Positions 49,607 to 62,547 of a stretch of DNA of 64,000 nucleotides are shown here, in pieces; the first letter of the stretch is position 1, and every line of letters starts with the position of its first letter. The stretch is from Haliotis rubra (Eukaryota): the NCBI RefSeq assembly GCF_003918875.1, contig NW_025765066.1, positions 62,001 to 126,000 on the forward strand. The letters are read 5' to 3'. Both the position numbers and the translations under genes were made by a program. The notes beneath the pieces are model-generated. The model worked only from the letters and a program-made list of their open reading frames with translations, was not told the origin of the DNA and did no database searches.

Positions 49607-50392
49607 ATGGGAGTGTGTGTCAACAATGTAGATCACCAGGACAGACGTTAATTGTCCGTGTTGCGGCGGTGTTGTGTATGTATATATCTGCATTTTACAT
49701 ATTTGTATATACTTAATCTGGTAATGAAAAAATGTATTAAGTTTTACTGTAAAGTAAATATTATTATATCAGCTTTAATATTATTTAACTGCCTTTGGGT
49801 AGCTGTGGGTTAAGGTTGCATGGGTTACTCTTTTGTTAAAGACAGGTAAGTTATGCATTTTGTATGTTTTTACAATTATGTTATTGTATATAGTGCTTAA
49901 TCACTATTGTATGTATGTATGTTCTGTCGACCGAGGGACATATAAAACCCCATATGCAATGAATCATAATGCTACAACAAATTTATCTTACCGAAAGTTT
50001 AAATCTCTCATCATGGAAATACAACATTAAAACAAACTGAAAGTCAATTATATATTTTACTGACATGGTACTAACTAGTCGATCCGAACCACAGGTTCAC
50101 GGTTTACTGACTGCCGTGGATGCATGCTTTTTCCATGGGGCGGGGTATAAATGATTTATTCTCCCTCGCAAAGATTTATACCCAGCTTGGGCGGTAAACG
50201 GCATACCTGCTAATTTGTTCAATTTGAGATCAAGGTTCTTACATGAGGTAGGATAAACGGGATTGCCAACTGAAGGGATGTTTTTCAAACAGTTTCTTGG
50301 TGAGTTTCAGTGTTTGTCCCTAACCAACTGGTTTTAAAACAGTACCAAAAGTGCAACATAGTATCGAATGAACACTGTGACTACATCATGAC

Positions 50393-50455
50393 TACTTTCT
50401 AGTGAACTTGACGCTTTGGCTTTATAACAGAGTCTCCAAGAACGCTGCATATCTG
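50393..50455 (-). pseudogene. Predicted 63-nt exon of module B (ADMQRSWRLCYKAKASSSLES)
   Basis: Same length and frame as 36995-37057; donor gtcatg is weak. Confidence 0.5.
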
Positions 50456-50760
50456 CTTTAAAGTCTTGCTATTGACAACAACTCATGCTGTTGACAAGAA
50501 CGGCACTGAAAATATTTGAAATAAATCATTGACAACTAAATAATTTCTTTATTTTTAGATACATATAGTTACGAAGGAGTTTTTAAAAAAAAATTAAAAA
50601 TTACTTTAAGTGTTTGGGAGTAGGGAGTTTTGGGAAGAGAGGTCAGATTGGGATTCAGTGGTCGTGGTCGTGTAAAATTGCTGTGTTCAGCATTAAACAA
50701 CAAACATCAAATAAAACTTCATATATCAAGGATCAATTTGTAAGTGAGTTCTGCTCTTGC

Positions 50761-50787
50761 CTCTTATCAGCGGTTCTCCTACTCCAT
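50761..50787 (-). pseudogene. Predicted 27-nt exon of module B (DGVGEPLIR)
   Basis: Same acceptor ttatgtcttctcag; donor is gcaaga (GC) instead of gtaaga. Confidence 0.5.
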
Positions 50788-51184
50788 CTGAGAAGACATA
50801 ATATAAGATGGCATATGGCTCTGAATGATTTGTTTTCTTTTTGGGTGAGAGGTACATATTACATGAAGCATTGAGAAGCACAACGACCTAAGTCACTTTT
50901 TGTAGGTTTTCGGGAGAGACGAAAAACTGGTACCTTGAAAACTATTGGGAAAAAGTTTTCTTTATTAGACTTGCGTGGTGACATACAAAGCATCATGCTC
51001 TACTTTGATGCTGTTTCATTAATAAACATTTTCAGAATTATGGAGGCAAAACTAATTATTGATTCTTTTACATGAGAGATCTCCCTTGGGGTACATATAA
51101 GCATAAGAATCTCCATTCTAATCCCTGCGACTGTTGTAACTATATTTTGAACAAAATATTTAAAAAACAAAAACAACGTTTTTG

Positions 51185-54100
51185 TCTGCAGGAGGAACTG
51201 GTACCTCGTTTGAGAAGCAGTTGACAGACGTCCATTCACATCTTGCACGTGACATTATTCACTGTGCTAGCATGATGATGGGCTCTGTCATTGGCCTGCG
51301 CAGTTTGTGGCTGTCGGGGGCGTGCTATTCACCAGCCACTCAGCAGGCACTATTTTCTCTGCCTTATACTATAGGTGCAAAACCCTCTCCGGAACAGGTA
51401 AAAGCCACTTCAAATCCCTGTGTCCTGTCCACACTCAGGGATGGCCATATGCCACAGTGGAAACGAGGTCCGCCACCATTCACTGAGGTGCATCACATTC
51501 CTGTTCCCACCTCCCAGGAAAACACACGCAATCTCCGTGCCGAGGTCCAGTCTCTACTGGACAAGGCAGCCATCGAGGTGGTTCCAGAAGGTCCCCAAAA
51601 CGAGGGATTTTACTCCACGTATTTCATAGTGACCAAGAAGGACGGATAGTCCAGACCCATACTCAATCTAAAAGGGCTGAACAAAATGATAGAAGTGCCA
51701 TCTTTCAGGATGGAGACACTGTGCTCAGTGATTTCCAGCGTTGAGACAGGGGATTGGCTCACGTCAATCGATCTCAAAGAAGCTTACCTACATACATGTA
51801 CCAATGCATCCTGACTTCCAGAAGTACTTCTGGTTCTCCTTCGATGGGAAGTGCTACCAGTTTCGTGTGCTCCCCTTTGGCATCTCCACGGCACCAAGGG
51901 TGTTCACCAAACTCATGTTAGCTCAGTTAGCAAGGTCAGAGGGCAGGTTTTGTCACCCGTACCTCGGCGACTGGCTGCTCCGGGCGGTAGGCCAGAAGTT
52001 GAGCAGGAATAGCACACATCATGTGATAAAAATTCTCATACGGCTGGGATGGATTATCAATCTCAAGAAATCAGAACTCATTCCATCAAAGGATCTGGTT
52101 TTCTTGGGAGCGAGATTCAATACAGTGACGGTGATTGTTTCACTGTCCCAGGACAGAGAACTTTTTAAAAGCTTCTTGGGACTCCCACGGCTTAGGCTTC
52201 AGCTCGGCAACATGGCGGCGACCGTGGATGTGGTGTGGCGTGCGCGTCTGAGGGTGAGACCTATACAGCAGGCACAGACTCAACTGTGGTCTCCATCCCC
52301 AAAACCTCCCCCCCCCCCCCACACACTTACGGTGGTGGATGGACGCCGGGACCTTATCAAGGGATGTTCCTCTGGAGTCCCTTACGCCCACCCTCTCGAT
52401 TCAGACAGACGCCACCCTCTCAGGTTGTGTGTGTGTGTGTGTGTGAGGGGTGTGTGTGTGTTTCTGGGCGTCAGGTCAGTCTCGGTTGGAGCATGAGATC
52501 AGTCTGCAAATCAATGTGCTAGAATTGAGAGCAGTCCGACAGGTGTTCGATAACATTGTGGATCAGGTTCGTGGCCAAGTGGGTTCTTCTAGAGATGGAC
52601 AATCAGAAGGCCATGACCTATATCCTGAGGCAAGGCGGCACGGTATCAGTGTCCCTGCTACAGGAGGCGTGACAGTTTCTGCTATGGTGCAAAAGGACAA
52701 CATACGTGTGATGCCAGTTTATCTCCCTGGGGAGAGACAATGTTCGCGCACTTGCGCTCTCCCGTCGTATATTAGCTCCACACGAGTGAATGCTAGATAT
52801 CTGGGATTATCTCCCAGTTGTACAGGTCGTTCCAGGTGGATCTGATTGCCTCTGGGGAGACGAACCAGATACCAGTGTTTGCTCTTGGATACCGGATTCG
52901 AGAGCGATAGCCAACGGTGCCTTACAACTGGATTGAATGGACAGGGTACTGTGGGCGTTCCCACCAATACTACTGATATCCAAGGTCATATCGCAGTTGG
53001 CCACTCAACCATCTCGACTGTTAGTGCTCCTTGCACCTCTTTGGTCAGCTAAAAGATGGTTTCCGGTAATTCTCAGGTTCCTGTACTATTACCCTTTCTG
53101 ACATACCTTCTATCCCAGAAAGGGGCGCTACACCCAAATCGCAGGTCCAGAATGGCCTCCATGCAAGCAGAATTCCTGCATCAGTTGCAAACACAATTCT
53201 GGCTTCGTGGAGGGATTCGACAAACGTAAGAATGGCCTGTTGCACGCGCTGCTGTGTTGGCAGGGGAATTTTAGGTTCCCCTTTCTGCAGATCTAGTCAT
53301 GATGTTTGAGTTCCTCCAGTCTCATTTCGAAGCGGGGCTAGCCGCATCAACTGTTTGAGGTTACTCAACGGCTATTTCAGCGTTTCATATACCTGTCGAT
53401 GGTGTACTCTTGGGGCAGCACCCTCTTTTACAGCATTTATTAGTATGCCCAGAAAGAATCCGTCTGGTGTACGGTGGATCAGTCCTCCGTGTCAATCGTT
53501 CTTGATTGGCTGTCCGGTCCTCTCTTTTACGATCTGTCAGCTCTTACCCTCCAGCTGTTAACGTGGAAGGCGGCTGTCCTTGTGGCAGTAACCTCTGGCA
53601 GGCGAGTAGGTGACATTCATGCATTGTCGGCTGACCCCCAGCTAACTGTTTCCCATAAAGACAGAGTTAGCATTAGGTTGCCGGATACTTACCGTCCTAA
53701 GAGAGATAGCGCCTTTCATGTCATGGTGCCTATTGAGCTTCCAGCTTTCAGTCAGCCTTCCCCACCAGGTACCTCTCTTCGGCACCAGGTGCTCACGTCT
53801 TAGATATGTCTAAGACCCTCAAGGCTTATGTCAAGAGGATATTGGCTATCCGGAGAGATAACCAATTGTTTTGTTGTTACGGTGGGGGGTAAGGCTGGTC
53901 TTCCGGCGAACAAGCAGACCATATCTAGGTGGCTTGTCTCTGCCATTTGTACGAGCTATACACAGAAAGGGTTAACACAACCTACTGGGTTAAAAGCTCA
54001 TTCGCTTAGAACAGTAGCCACATCTAAGGCTTATGCTGCGTCTCTGCCTATTGAGGAGATCTGCTCCGAGCTATCTGGAGCCGGCCGAGTATGTTCATCT

Positions 54101-54470
54101 GGCATTATCAACTTGACACTCAAGTGAGCGTGCTCAGTTCGGTCAGTCAGTTGTTCTCCCCCTATGTCAATATTGCACATTATTCCTTAGAAATCTAGGC
54201 TTGGCTGTGGTTTCATGGGATTTAATGTCTCTCCCTCCCTAGGTAGTTATGAAACTCGGGATGAGGATGGGGCACTATTGTTTACTACATGCGTAGCCCG
54301 CTGCCTCATTTGCATATGAGCAGAATAGATAAACCCTGACCCTGGACCAATCGCCTGATTAGTTGAATAGGTCACGTGACCAGGTAAGTTCTTTTTATAG
54401 TAGGGAAATTCCATATGTCGGGGCTTAGTTTATCAGACAGAATATCACTCCCAGGACTCTTTGTCTTTTT
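51185..54470 (+). mobile_element. DIRS1-like tyrosine-recombinase retrotransposon, degenerate
   Basis: RT GFYSTYFIVTKKDG, YQFRVLPFGISTAPRVFTK, YLGD; RNase H INVLELRAV; YR LTWKAAVLVAVTSGRRVGDIHAL and AHSLRTVATS. Confidence 0.88.
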
Positions 54471-54482
54471 GTTTTGTAAATA

Positions 54483-55875
54483 TACTGAGTCAAAAAAGAA
54501 ATTTCACATTCTTTCTTCAGGGCACTATAAAAGAACAAGAGATGGTAAGATGGTTAAATTGTTAAAATTTCATTGCAGAGATCTGTGTGATGTACTCGAT
54601 ACACTGACAGTGCCATAATCAGTTCCATTAGGCTACACCGCCGTTCAAAAACAGGGGTATACAGAATGTCAAGTCACAAGAATAAAAATGCAACATTTCT
54701 CAGTTCAATATCGTGTAGGCCGCCCCGCGTATTCACCACTGCCAAACACCGTCTCCCCATCGACTGCCTGATGCTTGTGAACACGTGGTTGGGGATACTG
54801 TTCCAGCGTTTTGAAGGAAATTTCGTGTCAACATCGCAGTATGCGGCCGAGCATTATCATTCTGGAACTGTAGACTTGGGCCATGAGCCGCCATGGAAGG
54901 AACGAGTTCAGGGGTGAGCACCTGGTTGCAGTAAGCAGCAGCTGTGAGGTTTCCACGGATGACCAGAAGTCGGGAACGGTTGTTTCCACAGTAAGCACCC
55001 GACACCATGCAACTTCTGCCCCCGAATCTGTCGACTTCCTGTACACAACATTGGGCATACCGTTCACGACGTCATCTCCAGACTCTATGCCTGCCGTCCG
55101 CAAATCTGGGGATACACCTGGATTCATCGCTAAAGACGACTCGATTCCAGACTCTCTGGGTCCATCGGAGGTGTCGTTGGGCCCACAGCAGACGTTGACG
55201 TTGATGAAACGGTGTCAATATTGGCCCACGATATGGACGTATAGAATGGAGATTGGCAGCCGATTCCGAACGGATTTCGAATGGTCTGTGAGGACAGTCG
55301 GCCTCTAAACATCTCAGCCCTGGTTCGTGTAGCTGGCAGAAATCTGTCACGTAGGTGACGTAGGACGATTTGACGGTCTTCTGCTCGTGACGTCACACGA
55401 GGGCGACCCGACTTTGGGCTATCAGAAGTGGTGCCAGTTTGTTGTAGACGACCTCGCAAGTCATACACAGTACGACGGCTGCATCCCATTGCTCTTGCGA
55501 CGTCAATAACTGATCTTTCCACTTGCAACATGCCATCGGCACGTTCACGTTGCACATTAGACAATCGCGGCATTTCAAGTACCGTTAGAACTGTGGTTTA
55601 AAAGTGTTTTTTTTCGATTCTCGAGGCCAATGCAAACACGTACATATGAAGAAAACTTCGATGCGAAGATCACGTGATCGGCTGCACGTGGAAAACCTGA
55701 TTTGGCACTAACATCATTTGCACGACAAATGGATGGGTTTGAGTGGGTTTTGCTAACGTTTTTCTAGAGTCGAAAGATAGGGATCACATTTCGGATGCAT
55801 AGATGTATCATCAGAGAAAAAATTATTCATTATTTTTCAAATTACATTTTGTGAAGTTTGTTTTTTGACTCAGTA
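54483..55875 (-). mobile_element. Tc1 transposon, same family as 32867-34392, with an internal deletion removing the catalytic E region
   Basis: Same TIRs and TA flanks; QNAG jumps past WPSRSPDLNPIEH. Confidence 0.95.
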
Positions 55876-56036
55876 TATATTTTATTTAAAATATAGTTAC
55901 AACTGTCGTAGGGATAAAAAGGACATTTTGACGCCTTTATGTACCCCAAGGAAGACTCTTATCAAAGAGTTAGCAACCTCTACAGGTTTGTTCGAATTTC
56001 TGTTTTCTGGCAGTATGACCTACGTCAGGTGGCAGA

Positions 56037-56206
56037 GTGAGTGAGTGAGTGAGTGAGTATGGTTTTACATCGCTTTTAGCTATATTCCAGCAATATCACG
56101 GCGGGGTACACCACATATGGGCTTCACACATTGTACTCATGTGGGGAATCAAACCCGGGTCTTCACCGTGACGAACGGACGCTTTAACCATTAGGCTCCC
56201 CCTGCC
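56037..56206 (-). mobile_element. tRNA-derived SINE family 1
   Basis: Reverse-complement match; TSD gtggcaga. Confidence 0.85.
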
Positions 56207-56699
56207 GTGGCAGAATGACCTTAGTCACTAAAATTGGGAAGCAAAACAACCTAAGTCATTTTGCATTAAATCATTTCAAGAAATAGCACAATGATTATGA
56301 GAAAGATAAACGAAAACCCATTGCACATGCTTCTGGTGAAAGCTTCAGAGAAATATTGCATTTTAAAACGATGTTTTTGTTCAGAAACTCATCTCAACCT
56401 TAAAGGAGACTAGTAATGCTTTTCTATTGGTTTACAGACTGCAGTACATCCACCAGCCATCATAATGAGTGAGTGAGTTAAAATTTAAAGTCACTATGGC
56501 AATATTTCAGCCACATCGTGACTAAAACGACATAGATATTAACAATATTGAAAGATAGCGTATAAAATCCTGTCACCGAAGGCCATCATAATGAGTGTTA
56601 AAACATCTCTATATTGGAATCGTCAAATATATTCAAACATAAAACATTCTGAACATCAAACTGTAATAAACAATTCACCCTTATGGATTATAATATCTA

Positions 56700-57742
56700 C
56701 ATATTTCTTACCATTAAAGCATTTCAAGAAAAAGTCTTGTCTTCTATACTGTTCTTGTCAGGAACAAGCAATACGTTTGTTATGCTTTCACATAATTTGT
56801 ACAAGCCTTTCCAATCTGCATACCGTCCTAAACACAGTACGGAGACATCCCTATTGAATGTCCTCAACGATCTTACATGTGGTATTGACATTGGCCTTCT
56901 CCTAGAGCTGTTACCATACCATAGGCCACCAGATGCAACTCAGACGCCACAAGGATGACTACTTCCTCAATGGTAGTGTATGGTCCTGGTTCGAATCCTA
57001 TCTATCGATGAGTCTATTCAGCTCCAGTGAATCTTTCAAGCTGTGTGCCACAGGGTTTCGGTTTTGGACGCTGTTCTATTTACATTGTATACCAAGGCAC
57101 TTGAATCTTTCAGGCACTGCTGAATCTTTCAACACGCTCAAGTTGAATGCTGGAAAAACGGAGTATGTTGTGGGGATACTGAGGTACCAGTGTCAGAGAC
57201 AGAGTGTGTCATAATCATAGGTGTCATCCTGGACTAAGACCTATTCATGGATAGTCACATCACTCAATGAACCAACATTTGCTTTCTACAGATGAGGAAC
57301 ATCAGCAACATCTGGAAATATTTGACCAAAGAATCAGCCGTACTGTCCCTAGTCGTGAAAAAGATCGACTACTGTAACATGGTTGGTGTCACTGCTATGC
57401 TATAAGTCATCTCCAGTGTGTACAGAATACGGATTGTGTCACTTGCCCATAATCACGACCATACCCACCCGATCTTGAGGGATCTACACTGGCTTCCTGT
57501 GCATTACAGGATTGCTGTCAAAAGCCTCTGCGGTGTCTGTCTGGGGATGCTCCAGGCTACCTACAGGACTTCTGGCCCATCTACTCACCTCGTTGGTCAC
57601 CTTTTATGTATGTCACATTCTCAGAACCAAGACTTTGAGATATGGTCAGCGTTCCTACTCATACACAGCAGTATGTGAGTGTTTGCTTCGAGCATGCATC
57701 AAGCATGGAGTAATAAGCAATAAAAGGGTCCTATTATTATAT
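56700..57742 (+). mobile_element. L2-clade LINE 3' remnant
   Basis: FQSAYRPKHSTETSL, WFESYLS, LKLNAGKTE, IDYCN and HPILRDLHWLPV in broken frames; ends in ctattattat. Confidence 0.8.
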
Positions 57743-57754
57743 TTTACAGATTAA

Positions 57755-58205
57755 GATGAAAATGCTGCTTGAGGATTCAGGTGACCCTAGAACACTCATG
57801 TCGTTAGGGTTCATCATCAGCTCAGGGCCCTCGCCCCTTCTACACGCAGCCCAAACAGCGAATGAGACTTCTCCCAGGAAACGCTTCCCAGTCGAATCCA
57901 CCAAGAACCTTTCGGAGAATTTAAAGGCTCCCCAACACTGTCGCATGCTGCATTACCCAGAGTGTCAGAAGGGCTGTGCTCTCGGTGGAGAACCTGGGCA
58001 CGTCCAGGTGAAAAATATCCGGGCACACTCCTGATCTGCGCCAAGAGATCTGGAGGTACCAAACCAAGAACATCGAGAACAATGGGGTGCCTGACGACAG
58101 TGTCCTGGGGATGCAAGCAAGACATTTCAGAGGTGACGTCGGCATAGCTTGCTTTTCCTGAATTTTGCTTATCACATTGCTGTCGAATGGGACAGAAACT
58201 TCAAT
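57755..58205 (-). mobile_element. RLE-type (R4-like) non-LTR retrotransposon 3' remnant
   Basis: IEVSVPFDSNVISKIQEK..YADV..PIVLDVLGLVP..MQHATVLGS.ILRKVL across frames resembles the restriction-like endonuclease C-terminus. Confidence 0.55.
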
Positions 58206-61200
58206 AAAATAAATTTATTAATTAATGCATCAAAGTGAAATCTGACCACAATGTAGATCTCAAAGTGGCGATTAGTGGGGTGTTATGTCAAAACAACCTA
58301 AGTCTAACTAAGGTCGTTCTGTTTCTCAACCCTTCACACTTAACGCTGCTAATATAATACTGTCTACTTGTCAAAGTGGATATAAAGCTTACTAAATTTC
58401 CTTTCACTGCTATCAAACAATATGTAACAGATCAGTGACAGCAGATTTGGAATTATCTAGCATCAAGTCAGCTTCATTCCAATAAACCCAACATAGGACG
58501 GAATCCATTCACAAACGAATTCGTACAGGACATAGCTACTAAGAAACAATTACAAGTATTGTTAGTCATTGTTAGTAAACTTACCTGTGGATTATGGTTG
58601 TCTTATTTCTGTGGTTACCACAGACACTTACAGAGAGAAAAAATGGAAAAGTAAAAGTCATAGTTCCCCTGGTAGTATGCCCTTCCCTAAGGAGTTATCT
58701 CCCCTGAAATCGTGACATAAGAGCGTGCACTTTAAAACGTCACAATTTTTATGAATAACAGAATCTGATTAGCGGGGAGGATAAAAACAAAGAAAACAAG
58801 CGGGCGCGGAGCTAAACACCATAATCCAGAGGTAAGTTTACTAACAATTACTAACAATCTAATGACGTCACTTCCGGTACCTAACGTCATATTCTCCTTT
58901 CAGGTAACGTAATCGATGAGAAAACAATTAAAGATAGTGGCATACCAATCCACTGAATAACACTTGACTCAAATTTAGGTTAGAGAAACCATAATATGAA
59001 TAAGACTCTCACTCCACGAAGCATCTTCACAGGCCAGACTGTATCACACTGAATGCGGACCTTCTCTGAAGCATTCTGAAGTGGTTCACATGGAGTCCTT
59101 TGTACTGATTGAAGCACTAAACAGAGGTCCCATTTAGGAAACATGGTGGGAGTAGACACATCTTTAATTTGAAAAGATCTGATAAGCTTAGGAAGAGAGT
59201 TATTAGATCCCACACCTAGTAATGGGAGAATCTAAGAGCTGATGCAGTCTTCTCCACTCAATGAATCGAGCCCATTTAGTATTGTACAGTGATGCTGTGG
59301 AAGATCTGACTGACTAAGAGATAGCCACAGTGGTTTCTGTTGTAAAACCCAAATGACTTGCGGATAACCTCCACGCGTGCAGGTGCTGAATGTTCTCATG
59401 ACATCGGTTTGATTGCGGTTGACTGATGAGACTGATGAGACTGATGTGCCAATTTGGAAGTAACATTGGCGTGTTGATGAGATCTAGTTGGGTCGGAAAC
59501 CACGTCCTCGTGGGCCAGGCAGGAGCCAGTAGATAGACACAATTGTGCTGATAGGTCTTGCTGAGCATTTCCCGGAACCAACTTGAAGGGGGGTAAAAGC
59601 ATATGCCGTCATGTTGTCCCGCGAAATTGAAAGAGCGTCCACCGCCCAGGCTAGGGGATCTGGACCCAGACTGACCTAAACTGGAAGTTTGCTGTTGTGA
59701 CACGAGGCGAATAGGTTTATCACCGGAGTCTTCAACCGTTGTGTGATCATCTTGAAAGCCTCATCGTGTAAGGTCCTTTCGGTTGTAATTATCCTGTCTT
59801 GCCTGGATAGAGAGTCCACTAGAATATTGAACTTGCCCGGAATGTGACGTGCCCTGATTGAACAATTGGTCAACTCCACAATTTTAAACAACTTCTAAGT
59901 TGCCTGAAGTAGCTGGTGAGATCTTGTTCCTCCCTGCTTGTTCACACAGGAGACTGAGGTAGAATTGTCTGTGGCCACCATAATTGCTTTGCTGTGGAGA
60001 CACCAAGACCAATGTTCTAGTGCTCTGACTATGGCTAACATCTCGAGAACATTGATATGCAGACTCTTCTCCTGGGTCTGACCACATTCCTTAAACTTGA
60101 AGATGACCCATATGTGCACCCCGGCCTGAGGTGGAAGCTTCTGTGTACATCTGTCAGGTGTGGAGGCAGAGATCGAAAGGGTGCTCATGACAGGACGTTG
60201 GCCTCGCTGGTCCACCAAAGTAGCCCTACTTTTTAGTTTCTGTGGAAAAGGAAGACGTGTGTCTAGTTCTAAGTGTCTGTTCTGGTTGATCCACACCTGA
60301 CACTCCCGTAAATCGATCCTGTCGCGTTGAGTAAAGTCTTGAATTGACGTCAGTGATCCTAGAACTGACATCAAAGAACATAATGAAGTTGGAGGCACAC
60401 TTATGAGATGTAGAATCCTGTTTCGCAGGATTAACCAGCAATCCGGAGGAGGATAAATGTGAGAGACTCGAGAGTCCAAGATTGCCCCCCAAAACTTGAT
60501 TATTGAAGTTGGAATTAACTCTGAAGTGTCGGGATGCATAATTAGAATCAGATGAGACCCAGAATGGACTTGGACTGTTTGATTAAAGTATGAGTGATAA
60601 TATTCCTTGCCAAAAAATCGTCCAGATATCCGTGAATGGCAATGTTCCAGCGATGAAGGAAGTTTAGTATAGGATTCATCATTACCGTGAAGAGCCAAGG
60701 TGCTAGGGATATTCCAAAGGGAAGCACTGAAAACTGAAATCTCTGGCCGTTGAATGCAAATCTGAAATATTTCTGGGAGCGTGGATGAATCGGGATGTGT
60801 AGATATGCATCCTTCAGATCTATATTTATGAATTTTGAGTGAGGGCAGATGAGTGTGCGGACATTGCTGAGCCATTCCATCTTGAATTTCGGTGGGTTTT
60901 TTTGAAAAAAATTGTTTGTAATCTTCAGGTCTATAATCATTCACATCTCCAAACACTGGAAAGTTAAAACCCCGGGAGATATCGTGACTGGGAAGCTCTA
61001 TTACAGCCCGTTATTCCAACAATTGATCTATTGCCTGAGTAGCTGCAGAGAGGCGTGGTTCCTGTAGAAAAAATCTCCATCCTATGGGCTGGATCGTTAC
61101 TGGAGGTAATCTGTCCCATGATAAAATAAAACCCCTTTTTACAAGTGACAGGATCCAAGGGTCCCGTGTGCTCTGTCTCCAATTGTCTATGTACAAAGAA

Positions 61201-61253
61201 ATCCGGCCTACCACAGGGGACTGGAGTAACTGGAATCATAAAAACGTGATCTA

Positions 61254-62182
61254 TAGTTTGGCATGAAATGCATGTGGGCCCGTTTTTTTGTAAATATCTC
61301 TTCATCCAATGACCCAATCGATCTCAAACTGTGCAAGTGGATGTTTTGTCAGACAACCTAATCTCATTGTAAATCACCGATTTTATGCATTTGTATTAAA
61401 GAATCTGTCTATGTAACTGTCAACAAAATCAACAGCAGAACGCAGAAAGCTTGCAGAGGGAGGGAGCCAATGACCTGTAACAGCGGCAGTGTTGGGTCAT
61501 AAAGGTCAACGTTCGTCAATGTAGGTCAGCTATGCACGTGACAGGTATGAAGAGGTGTTCATTTCTAGCAAATAGCCGGCGAATGACATCTCTGATGACC
61601 CTGATGTCAAAAGAATCTAACTTTGGATGCTTACTTTTTTGTACAAGGTTTTGTTTATTGGTTGTTGGTTTATTTTTCACAATTTTTAGCACGATGTTCT
61701 TTTTCATGCCAAGAGCAAAAGTTGTACGTTTCATGTAATCCGACACCTTATAAATCGTATTGCTACGTTTGCTCTCTTATTTAACAAAATTCAACACATT
61801 TCTAATTAAACGTTTAGCATCATCTGAATAAGCTTTCATGATGACAGCTAGAAGTAGTCAATGTGAATGATCCAAACGGTCTATCACTGTGCAGTGCACA
61901 GGTAACTATCATGAACTGCACGTGCATTGACCTTTATGACCCAACACTGCCGCTGTTACAGGTCATTGGCTCCATCACTCTGCAAGCATTCTGCGTTCTG
62001 CTCTTGATTTTGTTGACAGTTACATAGATAGATTCTTTAATACAAATGCATAAAATCGGTGATTCACAATGAGATTAGGTTGTCTGACAAAACATCCACT
62101 TGCACAGTTTGAGATCGATTGGGTCATTGGATGAAGAGATATTTACAAAAAAACGGGTCCACATGCATTTCATGCCAAACTA
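61254..62182 (-). mobile_element. TA-targeting DNA transposon derivative with ~256-bp TIRs, inserted in the DIRS
   Basis: TIRs 61254-61509 / 61927-62182 with TA on both sides; internal transposase N-terminus-like remnant (..LDSFDIRVIRDVIRRLF..). Confidence 0.85.
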
Positions 62183-62547
62183 TAGCTCTGAATCCGTGGA
62201 CATTACCGGGTCGTAAGGCTGAGTGGAAATTGGAATGTGTACGTCAGCTTCTTCTTGCACCCGCTCTTGAGGACTGAAAGGAACCTCTACCCCTCCTTCT
62301 TCCTCTGAAGCTCTGCGACTGCTCTCGGAAAGGAACAGAATTTGAGCATGGTCTGGAATCCGACATACGATCAAAAGCCGATCTTTGCAAAGACTCCCGC
62401 TGTCTCATAGCATGAACAAGACATCGTAGATGATGGAGTACCTCTCCTACTTCTAGGAATACTCCTCGATCTTTTTTGAGCAAGTAGTGCGGAGGCTAAT
62501 TGCTGATTAAGATAACGAGAGGTCACAGCATACTTAGTCGTCATGTC

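Larger units (their letters stand above)
39790..49670 (-). mobile_element. Degenerate near full-length APE/RT non-LTR retrotransposon (RTEX-like), interrupted by Copia and SINEs
   Basis: ORF1 remnant 48848-49620 (FRLGQ..RPFLVRF..GVSSDLT); APE 48213-48629 (GFVETW, YACVYIPP); RT 40460-41510 (EEQAGFR..AFVDFQK, LLMFAND..GLQEQLD); 3' end ggcctatggcc..(tttga)n. Clade assignment is tentative. Confidence 0.8.
50871..58329. mobile_element. TIR-bounded DNA element (possibly Sola-like) hosting several nested elements
   Basis: ttgagaagcacaacgacctaagt / actaaggtcgttctgtttctcaa; similarity to paralogous DNA at ~37280-37500 stops just before and resumes just after; no TSD seen. Confidence 0.55.
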
